Shown here: positions 32,550 through 41,676 of the stretch, in pieces
How positions within the stretch are numbered: position 1 is the first letter of the stretch
Layout: every line of letters starts with the position of its first letter
Assembly: GCA_028717245.1 (NCBI GenBank)
Contig: JAQUOD010000001.1
Coordinates: 85,514 to 149,513 of the forward strand
From: Candidatus Omnitrophota bacterium
GTDB lineage: Bacteria > Omnitrophota > Gorgyraeia > Gygaellales > Profunditerraquicolaceae
Direction of reading: 5' to 3'
DNA: 64,000 nucleotides
Position numbers and translations under genes: made by a program
The notes under the pieces: model-generated
What the model saw: the letters and a program-made list of their open reading frames with translations, nothing else
Told to the model about the DNA's origin: nothing
Databases searched by the model: none

Positions 32550-33362
32550 CTATTCCACCTCTAAAACGGAACAGGTTTTAATGTTGGATAGATTGGCGAA
32601 ATCCTGAAGAGTAAGGTCTTCGGGCCGGATATTTCTATTGATCCCGTATTTTTCAAAAAATGCGGTTAGTTTCAAAACAGGGATAATGCCAGAAAGGCTG
32701 TTCCTTAAGGTTTTTCTCCTTTGGTTAAATGCCTTTCTGATAATGGTAAAAAATAACTTTTCATCTTTTAACCTGACAGCGCCTTCCTCCCTGACCTCTA
32801 GCTCTATAAAGCAGGAATCTACTTTGGGGGCGGGGAAAAAACTGTTCTTTTTAATAAAAAATAACGGCCTAGCGGCGCAATAATACTGCACATAGCAGCT
32901 AAAAGAGCCGTAGTCCTTTGAGCCGGCTTTAGCGGTTATCCTTTTAGCGAATTCCTTCTGGACGGTAATAAAGATGGATTCAATCTTATCGCGGTATTTT
33001 AAAAGATGCTCGATAATAGGCGTGGTAATATAATATGGGATATTTCCCACCACTTTTATTCTCCCCTTCACTTTCTTAAAATAATTCTTCAGGTTAAATT
33101 TCAGGATATCCCGGTTAATTATCCTTATATTTGCGTAATCCTTGGTACTATCCTTTAAAACCCTGCTTAAATCTGGATCTATCTCCAGCGCATAGATAAA
33201 GGCGCAATGCTGTCCTAGTAACCTGGTTAAATCGCCGTAACCCGAACCTATTTCTAATACATGGTCGCCTGCCCCTAATTGACAGGATACGGCTATCTTT
33301 CTCTGGATATTTTTATCTACCAGGAAATTCTGGCCTAATCTTTTTTTTGGTTTAAGGTACAT
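32550..33362 (-). CDS. rsmA: 16S rRNA (adenine1518/1519-N6)-dimethyltransferase
   Basis: KKRLGQNFLVD..., SAM motif LEIGSGYG. Confidence 0.9.
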   Translation of the reverse strand: MYLKPKKRLGQNFLVDKNIQRKIAVSCQLGAGDHVLEIGSGYGDLTRLLGQHCAFIYALEIDPDLSRVLKDSTKDYANIRIINRDILKFNLKNYFKKVKGRIKVVGNIPYYITTPIIEHLLKYRDKIESIFITVQKEFAKRITAKAGSKDYGSFSCYVQYYCAARPLFFIKKNSFFPAPKVDSCFIELEVREEGAVRLKDEKLFFTIIRKAFNQRRKTLRNSLSGIIPVLKLTAFFEKYGINRNIRPEDLTLQDFANLSNIKTCSVLEVE

Positions 33363-34300
33363 CTGTATGCGAGCATGGTTGCCTCAATTAATGATGCGGG
33401 ATTGGCCAACCGGTAGTTTTTTGCGATATCAAAGGCAGTCCCGTGTAAAGGAGATGTTCTGATAAAAGGAATGCCCAATGTCAAATTTACACCGCTAAAG
33501 CCGGCTGATACCTTCAAAGGGATTAATGCCTGGTCGTGATACATGGCAATCATGCAGTCGTATTGTTTTTGCAGTGTTTTTAAGGCTGCTATATCCGCCC
33601 CCTGCGGCCCGGCTATGCTTATGCCTTTTATTTTTTTTCTTAAAAGCGACAGAACAGGTTTAATCACCCTATTTTCTTCCTTTCCTATCAGCCCATTATC
33701 AGAGGCGTGCGGATTAAGCCCGCACAATACGATGCGCGGGTTTCTTGTACGGAAGAGTTTTTTTAAGGATTCATAAGTTAAAATTACGGTTTGAAATATT
33801 GCTTTTTTGCTTAAGCATAGGGGGACGTCTTTTAAAGCAATGTGGCGCGTAACCAGGGTGATTTTTAATTTTTTATTTAAAAGCATCATGGCAAAATTTT
33901 TCGTATTTGTAACAGAGGCCAAATATTCCGTATGCCCGCTGAAATTTTTAAACCCCGCCAAACTCACTGCCTCCTTGGATATAGGGCAGGTAACCAGAGA
34001 ATCTATCTTGTTATGATTAATTAAATCCATTGCCTTATCCAGGTATTCTATGGATGCCTTGCCATATTCAGCCCGCATTTCACCGAATCTAAAATTTTTA
34101 CGTGCTACATTATTTAAATCTATAAATTTTATATCTGACACCTGACACCTGGCACCTGACACCTGATTAAATACCCACCTATCTCCTATGATAACAAAAT
34201 CAGCCAAACCTCTTAATTGAGGTATTGCTTTAGCGATAATAGCAGGGCCTACACCCGCCGGGTCGCCTATGGTAATGCCGATTTTTATTTTATTATGCAT
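33335..34300 (-). CDS. pdxA: 4-hydroxythreonine-4-phosphate dehydrogenase
   Basis: IGITIGDPAGVGP..., HTEY, synteny surA-pdxA-rsmA. Confidence 0.9.
   Translation of the reverse strand: MHNKIKIGITIGDPAGVGPAIIAKAIPQLRGLADFVIIGDRWVFNQVSGARCQVSDIKFIDLNNVARKNFRFGEMRAEYGKASIEYLDKAMDLINHNKIDSLVTCPISKEAVSLAGFKNFSGHTEYLASVTNTKNFAMMLLNKKLKITLVTRHIALKDVPLCLSKKAIFQTVILTYESLKKLFRTRNPRIVLCGLNPHASDNGLIGKEENRVIKPVLSLLRKKIKGISIAGPQGADIAALKTLQKQYDCMIAMYHDQALIPLKVSAGFSGVNLTLGIPFIRTSPLHGTAFDIAKNYRLANPASLIEATMLAYRCTLNQKKD
34135..34165 (-). repeat. in-frame tandem heptamer tract CACCTGA/CACCTGG x4 inside pdxA (encodes periodic QVSGARCQVS)
   Basis: ctgacacctgacacctggcacctgacacctg. Confidence 0.8.
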
Positions 34301-34310
34301 TTATTTGTTT

Positions 34311-34392
34311 CCGTAATCCGTAATTGGTAATTCGTAATTCTTATTTTATTTTAAAAAATTACGATTTACGATTTATGAATTACGATTTACGG
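34311..34392 (-). repeat. inverted heptamer arrays CCGTAAT x4 / ATTTACG x5 (hairpin) in pdxA-surA spacer
   Basis: ccgtaatccgtaattggtaattcgtaatt ... aattacgatttacgatttatgaattacgatttacgg. Confidence 0.85.
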
Positions 34393-34417
34393 CTTTTAAA
34401 TTACTATTTACTAAAAG

Positions 34418-35365
34418 TTAATCTTGCATAATTTTAATATAAGACTGCTTTTTGAGTTCGTCCAACCACGTTGCTAATGCCTCTTGCATCTTTTGGTCAA
34501 AAAGGAAGGTATAAATATCACCCTGGGCCCCAGAGATACTTTGCTGCCGGGGGGGTATTATATTATCCAGTTTAAAAATATAATATTGTTCTTCTATTTT
34601 GACCGGTGCGGAGATTTCACCTACCTTCAACCTGAATATTTTTTCTTCGATGTCTTTTCTCAACTGCCCATTCCCTGCCCCGCTCATTTTATTTACAGCC
34701 AGGAAATATTTACTGGCGACATCCTGAAATTCCTGCCCATTCCTTAAATCATTAAAGACTTTGCTCGCCAGGTCCTCTTCACCGGTATTTATGGATTCAA
34801 ATTCGCGCTGTTCGGGTAGTTTAAATTTATCGATGTTTTGCTGATAGAAATCGGTGACTTCTGCGGGATTAACCAGAATCTTGCTCTTTATCTTTATTTC
34901 GATAATAGTATACATAAGCAGCTGGTCTCTTATCTTTGATTCTAAGTCTGCCTGCACCAGCCCTTGCTTAGCCAGGGAAGTTTGAAAATCCTTCTCTGAA
35001 TCGTAACGCCTGCGGATATCGTCTATCCTAGCTTTGATCCTGCTCTCGTCTATTCTGATATTGCTTTTTTTGGCTTCCTGTAAAATAATGCGGTCTTCAA
35101 TAAGCTTGTCCATTAAATCCAGCTTTATAGATTGCATTTTACTTTCCAGGCTTCTCCCTTTAAATTCTCCCATTAATTGTACGCGCGTAAAATTAACGAA
35201 GTCGTCTAAGTCTTTCTGGGTGATGACATCGTTATTCACGATAGCGACGATTTTGTCTTCGGCGTGTAAGTTGTAAGCTGTAAGTTGTAAGCTGTAAGCA
35301 ATGGAAAAAAGCAAAAATAATGATATTTTTAAACCCTTTAACCCTTGGTTTTTGATTTTATCCAT
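34418..35365 (-). CDS. surA: SurA-like periplasmic chaperone/peptidyl-prolyl isomerase (signal peptide, short form)
   Basis: 315 aa, N-terminal signal peptide; position upstream of pdxA-rsmA as in E. coli. Confidence 0.6.
   Translation of the reverse strand: MDKIKNQGLKGLKISLFLLFSIAYSLQLTAYNLHAEDKIVAIVNNDVITQKDLDDFVNFTRVQLMGEFKGRSLESKMQSIKLDLMDKLIEDRIILQEAKKSNIRIDESRIKARIDDIRRRYDSEKDFQTSLAKQGLVQADLESKIRDQLLMYTIIEIKIKSKILVNPAEVTDFYQQNIDKFKLPEQREFESINTGEEDLASKVFNDLRNGQEFQDVASKYFLAVNKMSGAGNGQLRKDIEEKIFRLKVGEISAPVKIEEQYYIFKLDNIIPPRQQSISGAQGDIYTFLFDQKMQEALATWLDELKKQSYIKIMQD
35264..35299 (-). repeat. in-frame tandem heptamer tract (C/T)TGTAAG x5 inside surA signal-peptide region (encodes AYSLQLTAYNLH)
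   Basis: gtgtaag ttgtaag ctgtaag ttgtaag ctgtaag c. Confidence 0.8.
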
Positions 35366-37262
35366 TTTGAAATACGCCTGTATTCTTAAAATTTCCGATT
35401 GTTTCTCTTAATAACCTGCAGTATAAATCGAATCCTACCGCAGCTATAAAACCGTGCTGTTCTAGGCCTAAAAGGTTGCCCGCGCCCCTAAGTTCTAAAT
35501 CCTGCATGGCAATTTTAAAACCCGCGCCTAACTCGGAATGTTCCTGAATAGCTAAGAGCCTCTTTTGCGCATCCGTATCCAGCATTTCTTTTCTAGGGAC
35601 CATATAATAAGCATAAGCAGGCTTATCAAACCGGCCCACCCTTCCGCGCAACTGGTGCAGGTCGGATAATCCAAAGTGCTGGGCATTATTGACAATGATG
35701 GTATTGGCATTAGGGATATCAATGCCGGATTCTATAATCATGGTACAAACTAAAACGTCTATCTTAGCTTTAAAAAAATCCAGCATCACATCCTCCAGTA
35801 AGCTCGCGTTCATCTGGCCATGTGCTACGGTTAATCTGGTAGTGACGGGTAAAAGCCTCAATATCCGTTCCTTGATTTTTTCGATATCAAGGATGCGGTT
35901 ATGCACGAAATAAACCTGGCCTTTTCTTTGGATCTCCCTCAAGATGGCCTGCCTGATCAGGTCCTCATCGTATTCTACCACAGTTGTCTTTATAGGCAAT
36001 CTATTTTCAGGAGGGGTATTGATTACGGATAAATCCTTAGCGCCCATCAGGCTCATATATAAGGTGCGGGGTATAGGTGTAGCAGTAAGGGTGAGGACAT
36101 CGCAGTCAAGCCTTAAGGTCTTAAGCCTCTCTTTTGCCAAGACCCCGAAACGCTGCTCTTCGTCAATAATTACTAACCCCAGGTTCTTAAAGATTACGTC
36201 CTTCGATAATAATCTATGCGTCCCGATTACTATATCCACGTTGCCGTTATTGAGCCTCCTGATGATTTCATCCTGCTCTGTTTTAGTTTTAAAACGCGAG
36301 AGCATCTGGATATGCACGGGAAAATCCTTCAGGCGCCGGCTGAAATTCTGATAATGCTGTTCTGCCAGAATTGTCGTGGGCACTAGATAAACTACTTGCT
36401 TATTATCCATAAGCGCCTTAAAGGCTGCGCGCATGGCTACCTCAGTCTTTCCATACCCTACATCCCCGCATAGAAGCCTGTCCATGGGCTTAGCTGATTC
36501 CATATCGGTTTTTACCTCTTGGGTCGCCTTGATTTGGCCGGCGGTCTCTTTGTAAGGAAAGGTAGCCTCAAATTGCTTCTGCCAGTCCGTATCCGCAGAA
36601 TAAGCGAAACCCGAAACACTTAAGCGCATTGCCTGTAACGAAAGAAGCTCCAGGGCTAATTTACGTATGCCTTTCTTTGCCCTCTCCTTTGTCCGTAGCC
36701 AATCTTTGGTGCCTAAACGATAAAGCTTGGGCCTTCTAGTTTGAAAGGCAATGTATTTTTGCACCAGGTGCATATCTTCGATGGGTACATATAATTTTTC
36801 CTGCTGGTCATACTCAATAGTCAGGTGGTCTTTGTAGGTACCCGCAACCTTTATTTTATCTAACCCCAGAAACCTGCCTATGCCGTGCTGCGTATGCACC
36901 ACATAATCGCCTATATCTAAATCCAGAAAGTTTTCTACGGGAAAGTTTTCTGTCAGCAGCGCGGCTTTAAAAGCATGGGCCCTTTTTAAAGGCAGTATAA
37001 TAACCATTTTGTGTTCCCAAAGAGGAATTCCGTCGGAAGGATTAAACGTTTTTATAGAGGCAATCCTGCCTTCTCTATCCAGTTCGAAGCGTATGGGCAG
37101 TTCAAAGGCAAAGGGAAATATGTCCAGGATTGCGCCCCTCCGGGAAAAATCCCCTTCTTCAGAAGGCATTTCCTGCCTTTTATAGCCAAAGTCAATGAGG
37201 GCAGCACAGGTGTCTTCCAAATCCACTGCCCCACCTACATATAACTTTAAGGATTTAAACAT
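35358..37262 (-). CDS. mfd: transcription-repair coupling factor Mfd, minimal form (RID + SF2 translocase only, 634 aa)
   Basis: GYKRQEMPSEEGDFSRRGAILDIFP; RID-like IGDYVVHTQHGIGRF; LLCGDVGYGKTEVAMRAAF, DEEQRFGV, TATPIPRT, ELRGAGNLLG. Confidence 0.75.
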   Translation of the reverse strand: MFKSLKLYVGGAVDLEDTCAALIDFGYKRQEMPSEEGDFSRRGAILDIFPFAFELPIRFELDREGRIASIKTFNPSDGIPLWEHKMVIILPLKRAHAFKAALLTENFPVENFLDLDIGDYVVHTQHGIGRFLGLDKIKVAGTYKDHLTIEYDQQEKLYVPIEDMHLVQKYIAFQTRRPKLYRLGTKDWLRTKERAKKGIRKLALELLSLQAMRLSVSGFAYSADTDWQKQFEATFPYKETAGQIKATQEVKTDMESAKPMDRLLCGDVGYGKTEVAMRAAFKALMDNKQVVYLVPTTILAEQHYQNFSRRLKDFPVHIQMLSRFKTKTEQDEIIRRLNNGNVDIVIGTHRLLSKDVIFKNLGLVIIDEEQRFGVLAKERLKTLRLDCDVLTLTATPIPRTLYMSLMGAKDLSVINTPPENRLPIKTTVVEYDEDLIRQAILREIQRKGQVYFVHNRILDIEKIKERILRLLPVTTRLTVAHGQMNASLLEDVMLDFFKAKIDVLVCTMIIESGIDIPNANTIIVNNAQHFGLSDLHQLRGRVGRFDKPAYAYYMVPRKEMLDTDAQKRLLAIQEHSELGAGFKIAMQDLELRGAGNLLGLEQHGFIAAVGFDLYCRLLRETIGNFKNTGVFQNG

Positions 37263-37271
37263 TCTACTAAA

Positions 37272-39476
37272 TCAAGCGCGGGATTTTTTTCTCTGCCAGG
37301 CAAGGACTAAAGGCGAAGCAATGTAAACCGTAGAATATACGCCGGAGATAAAACCTACCAATAAGGCAAAGGCGAAGTTGCTCAATACCTCTCCGCCGTA
37401 AAACAGGATAGCAACGACTATCAATAGAGTAAAACCGGAGGTAAGCAGGGTCCTGCCTAATGTCTGGTTTACGCTTAAATTGATCAGTTCACGTAGGCTA
37501 ATTTTGTGTAAAAGGCGGCTATTCTCCCTTACCCTGTCATAAATAACAATCGTATCATTTATGGAATAACCGGCGATGGTCAAAAAGGCAGTGACGCTTA
37601 AGAGGTCTATTTGCCTGCCGGTTACAGCCAAAAATCCCAAAGTGACCAGTACGTCGTGAATGAGGGCAATTACGCCGGCTATGGCAAAGTTAGGGTGCTT
37701 GAATCTAAAGGCCACGTAAATAAGAATCCCGAGCATTGACCAGATAAGGGCATGGACAGCTTTGTTTTTAAGGTGTTTGCCGGCTACCGGGCCGACATGC
37801 TCTATGCGCAATACCTGGATATCCTGTTCGGGGAATTTCTCTTTTAATTTACTGGTAATCAGGTCGCTTTTATTAGCCGCTGTCCTGATAAGCACAATCC
37901 TGGGATTCTCCTTGAACTGCTGTATGGAGGCATCGCCTAAGTTCAATTCCTTCAGCGTCTCTCGCACGGCATCCGGGGCAACGGGTGCTTTAAAACTATA
38001 TTCCTGTAATTCCCCTCCGGCAAAATCAATCCCATAGGCATTTTTACCTTTAGCGAAGAAGGCGACGAGCCCGAATATGATGACAAATAGTGAGATAGCA
38101 TAAAAAATTTTTCTTTTACCGATAAAATCCAGCTTTGTCTCTTTGATAAGCCTGAGCATGGGTAAAGATCTTAGAATCCCAAGATCCAGGAGGATTTCAA
38201 AGATAGTGCGCGTAACCACGATAGCCGTAAACATACTGGCAATAAGGCCGATGGTCAGGGTAACGGCAAAACCCCTGATTGCGCCTGTCCCGAACTGAAA
38301 TAATAAAAAGGCAGCAATTAAAGTGGTAAGGTTAGAATCAAAAATTGCGCTAAAGGCCTTATTATAGCCATTGGCTATAGCAGTGCGCAGGGCCTTGCCC
38401 GTAGAAATCTCTTCCCTGATACGCTCATTAATAAGTACATTGGCATCTACAGCCATGCCTAAGGATAAGGCTATACCGGCAATACCGGGTAAGGTTAAGG
38501 TCGCGGATACGCCCGGAAATAAAAGCGGCAACAACCCCAGACCGCCTAAAATAATCAGCAAGTTTAGTAAAAGCGCTATATCGGCGATAACCCCGGCCAA
38601 AAGATAATAAGCAGCCATAAAAATGAATACCAACGCGCTTCCTATAATAGTAGCTCTTATCCCTTTATTTATGGAATCCTGCCCCAATAAGGGGCCGATG
38701 GTCCTCTCTTCTTCTATATACATAGGCGCAGGCAAAGCGCCTACCCTTAAGACAATGGATAAATCCTGGGCCTGCTCAACGCTAAAACGGCCGGTAATGA
38801 CTGCCTCTCCCGTAGGTATAGCTTCTTTTATACGCGGGGCAGACTGCACCTTACCGTCTAGCACAATAGCCAGGCGCCTGTCTATATTATTTCTGGTAAT
38901 CTCGGCAAATTTCTTTGCTCCCTGGGCATTAAATTCCAAGGAAACTACCGGTTCGTTGAATTGGCTCTGGCTGAAACGTACCGAGGCATTAGTCAGGGCA
39001 TCGCCGGTTAAAACCGCTTCTTTTTCTAAAAGCAGAGGCTCATTATCTTCCTGGGAATATTTTAATTCATAGCCTTCTACTGCATTATTTTGCAGGGCTT
39101 GTTTTAATTTATCCGGGTCGGACGAGACAAGCTTAAATTCCAGCATGGCGGTCTTGCCGATTATATCTATCGCGCGTTCTCTATCAGTGACCCCGGGTAA
39201 TTGCACCACGATTTCATCCTGCCCCTGTTTTTGTATAGAGGTCTCCCTGACGCCGAACTGGTCAACCCTGTTTCTGATTACCTCTATGGCGCGGTCAGCC
39301 GCATCCTCCTTGGCCTGCCCCGTAAGGCGGCTGGCATCGACTTTCAACAAAAGATGCATACCACCCCTTAAATCCAGGCCTAAATTTATCCTTTTTTCCA
39401 GAGGAAAGGAAAAATATACGCAGATGCCCAGTACGGCTAAGATAAAAATTATTTTGTAAATAAGTTTTCTTCCCAT
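37272..39476 (-). CDS. secDF: protein translocase subunit SecDF (fused)
   Basis: SecD and SecF halves in one ORF; start MGRKLIYKII at 39476. Confidence 0.85.
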   Translation of the reverse strand: MGRKLIYKIIFILAVLGICVYFSFPLEKRINLGLDLRGGMHLLLKVDASRLTGQAKEDAADRAIEVIRNRVDQFGVRETSIQKQGQDEIVVQLPGVTDRERAIDIIGKTAMLEFKLVSSDPDKLKQALQNNAVEGYELKYSQEDNEPLLLEKEAVLTGDALTNASVRFSQSQFNEPVVSLEFNAQGAKKFAEITRNNIDRRLAIVLDGKVQSAPRIKEAIPTGEAVITGRFSVEQAQDLSIVLRVGALPAPMYIEEERTIGPLLGQDSINKGIRATIIGSALVFIFMAAYYLLAGVIADIALLLNLLIILGGLGLLPLLFPGVSATLTLPGIAGIALSLGMAVDANVLINERIREEISTGKALRTAIANGYNKAFSAIFDSNLTTLIAAFLLFQFGTGAIRGFAVTLTIGLIASMFTAIVVTRTIFEILLDLGILRSLPMLRLIKETKLDFIGKRKIFYAISLFVIIFGLVAFFAKGKNAYGIDFAGGELQEYSFKAPVAPDAVRETLKELNLGDASIQQFKENPRIVLIRTAANKSDLITSKLKEKFPEQDIQVLRIEHVGPVAGKHLKNKAVHALIWSMLGILIYVAFRFKHPNFAIAGVIALIHDVLVTLGFLAVTGRQIDLLSVTAFLTIAGYSINDTIVIYDRVRENSRLLHKISLRELINLSVNQTLGRTLLTSGFTLLIVVAILFYGGEVLSNFAFALLVGFISGVYSTVYIASPLVLAWQRKKSRA

Positions 39477-39478
39477 AT

Positions 39479-39778
39479 TTAATTTCCCGGGTTTATGCCT
39501 TGTGTTTTCTTGATATAAGCTATGCAATTTTTCTCTATTTCTATCTTTACGTTATCGTCTACCCTTAAGATTACGCTCTTATCCTTTACATTAATGATTG
39601 TGCCATGGATGCCGCTGGAGGTCACTACCTCATCATTCTTATTAAGGCTGCTCAACATCTTCTGGTGTTCTTTCTCCTTTGTTTTTTGCGGACGGATAAG
39701 CAGAAAATAAAAAATAACGAAGATAAGGATTAACGGAAAAAACTGCATGATAGGATTAACTGCCGGTGCCTGTGGCAT
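39479..39778 (-). CDS. yajC: preprotein translocase subunit YajC
   Basis: 99 aa, single TM. Confidence 0.8.
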   Translation of the reverse strand: MPQAPAVNPIMQFFPLILIFVIFYFLLIRPQKTKEKEHQKMLSSLNKNDEVVTSSGIHGTIINVKDKSVILRVDDNVKIEIEKNCIAYIKKTQGINPGN

Positions 39779-39779
39779 C

Positions 39780-40034
39780 TTATGCCTCCTTTTGGGTAAC
39801 GGATTGTTTTTTCATCAGACTTTTAACTGTCAGAGAAAGCTGGGCGCCATTCTTTTTCCAGAATTCCAGCCTCTCCTTATTTATCCTGGTAGCCCCTGAA
39901 ACCGGATTGTAAAAACCTATTTCTTCGATGAACTTACTATCCCGCCCGGAGCGTTCATCAAAGACGCTGAGGCGAAAATGCGGCCTCTTCTTGGGATTTT
40001 TACCTATCCTTCTTAGACGTATAATTACTGCCAT
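39780..40034 (-). CDS. rpsP: 30S ribosomal protein S16
   Basis: MAVIIRLRRIGKNPKKRPHFRL... Confidence 0.9.
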   Translation of the reverse strand: MAVIIRLRRIGKNPKKRPHFRLSVFDERSGRDSKFIEEIGFYNPVSGATRINKERLEFWKKNGAQLSLTVKSLMKKQSVTQKEA

Positions 40035-40062
40035 TTCGTTAGCCTCCTTTTTAGATACGTTT

Positions 40063-40125
40063 GTATCAAAGTGTCAGGTATCAGGGTATCAAAGTTTTTT
40101 CTTTGATACTTTGATACTTTGACAC
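40063..40125 (-). repeat. GTATCAA/TTGATAC inverted octamer arrays (hairpin, loop ttttttc), paralogue of the 29150-29221 element; abuts trpE stop and rpsP RBS
   Basis: gtatcaaagtgtcaggtatcagggtatcaaag-ttttttc-tttgatactttgatactttgacac. Confidence 0.85.
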
Positions 40126-41612
40126 TATTTAACAATTGCCTCTATTAATGCCTTTGCCTTGTTTATAGATTCCTGGTATTCATTTTTTGGCACCGAATCA
40201 GCGACGATACCGGCACCTGCCTGAATATATGCCATCCCATCTTTAATAATTACGGTCCGAAGGGTTATGCAGGTATCCATATTATGCGAAAAGCTGAAAT
40301 ACCCTACGCATCCGGCATAGGGCCCGCGCCTTAAATTTTCCAGCTCGTCTATAATTTCCATAGCGCGTATCTTAGGGCTGCCGCTTACTGTCCCGGCGGG
40401 AAAACAGGCCCTTAAAACATCGTAGATATTATATCTCTTATCCAAAATACCCTCAACTTCACTGACTATATGCATTACGTGGGAGTATCTTTCTATGGAC
40501 ATAAACTCACTCACCGCTACCTTGCCTTTTTTACAGACCTTGCCTAAATCATTCCTGCCTAAATCTACCAGCATCAGGTGTTCTGCGCGTTCTTTCTTAT
40601 CTTCAAGAAGCTCCTTTTCTAATTGCTTGTCTTCTTTTTCATTTTTCCCGCGGGGCCGGGTACCGGCAATAGGCCGGGTGCGGGCAATGCCGTCTTCACA
40701 GCGTACCAGTATCTCAGGAGAAGAGCCGACTAAGGTAACTTCCTTTAATTTCAAAAAAAACATATAGGGAGAAGGGTTCAGGCTCCTTAAATCCCTGTAG
40801 ATATCGAAGGGGTCTTTATCTATCTTTATTTCAAAGCGCTGCGACAATACTGTCTGGATGATATCCCCCTTTTTTATATAATCCCTCGCCTTATTTACTA
40901 TTTTACAAAATTCCTTTTCTTTAAAGTTAGAAATTACTTTTATGCTGCGCTTACCAGTATCATTACGCTTTGCTTTCTTGAGCAAGGGTTTCTTCAGTTC
41001 ATTGCATATGGAATCTATTTTTTTCAGCGCCTGATAATAAATCTGCGTTTTTTTAACCCGGGGGATTTTTTTATGCGCCGGCAGGATAATGTTAACAATG
41101 ATCTTTATGGTATGGTTAATATGGTCAAAGACTAGGATGCTATCGGTAAGTATAAAGACGGAATCGGCGATCTTTAGGTCATCCGGATTTCTATCGGGCA
41201 GGTCCTCAAAGAACCTTACCATATCATAAGCCATGAAACCCACGAGCCCTCCGTAAAAGCGCGGTAGTTCTTTAATCCGGGCGGCCTTAAAATCCTGCAT
41301 GATTTTTTTAATTTCATCCAGGGGGTCATTGCGGGTAACAAAATGCCTGGCTGAACTTCTTGCAGGATAAATGACCCGGACATCCCTGCCTTTACTTCTA
41401 AAAATAAGCGCGGGGTTACTCCCTAAGAAAGAATAGCGGGCGATCTTTTCCTGTCCTTCTACGGACTCAAGGAGAAAGGCATAATCGCCTTTTTTTATTT
41501 TTAAGAAGGCAGACACAGGCGTATCTAAATCCGCGCTGATCTCCTGATAAACCGGAATAAGATTATATTTTTTAGATAGTTCCAGAAATTCTTTTAGTGA
41601 TGGATAGTACAT
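40125..41612 (-). CDS. trpE: anthranilate synthase component I
   Basis: TPVSAFLKI, LLESVEGQEKIARYSF motif. Confidence 0.8.
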   Translation of the reverse strand: MYYPSLKEFLELSKKYNLIPVYQEISADLDTPVSAFLKIKKGDYAFLLESVEGQEKIARYSFLGSNPALIFRSKGRDVRVIYPARSSARHFVTRNDPLDEIKKIMQDFKAARIKELPRFYGGLVGFMAYDMVRFFEDLPDRNPDDLKIADSVFILTDSILVFDHINHTIKIIVNIILPAHKKIPRVKKTQIYYQALKKIDSICNELKKPLLKKAKRNDTGKRSIKVISNFKEKEFCKIVNKARDYIKKGDIIQTVLSQRFEIKIDKDPFDIYRDLRSLNPSPYMFFLKLKEVTLVGSSPEILVRCEDGIARTRPIAGTRPRGKNEKEDKQLEKELLEDKKERAEHLMLVDLGRNDLGKVCKKGKVAVSEFMSIERYSHVMHIVSEVEGILDKRYNIYDVLRACFPAGTVSGSPKIRAMEIIDELENLRRGPYAGCVGYFSFSHNMDTCITLRTVIIKDGMAYIQAGAGIVADSVPKNEYQESINKAKALIEAIVK

Positions 41613-41622
41613 ATTGGGCTTT

Positions 41623-41676
41623 GAGCTTTAAGTTGTAAGCCATAAGCTTAAAGCTTAGAGCTTACAGCTTATAGTC
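41623..41676 (-). repeat. heptamer array AGCTTAN (consecutive agcttaa agcttag agcttac agcttat) with inverted partner; overlaps hisI stop codon
   Basis: gagctttaagttgtaagccataagcttaaagcttagagcttacagcttatag. Confidence 0.85.

Noticed and set aside
29150-40125. Attempt to infer the transcribed strand of the hairpins from G-U versus A-C mismatches
   Set aside because: Re-checking pair by pair showed a mix of G-U and A-C oppositions in both senses, and the two elements gave opposite answers, so no strand assignment is supported.
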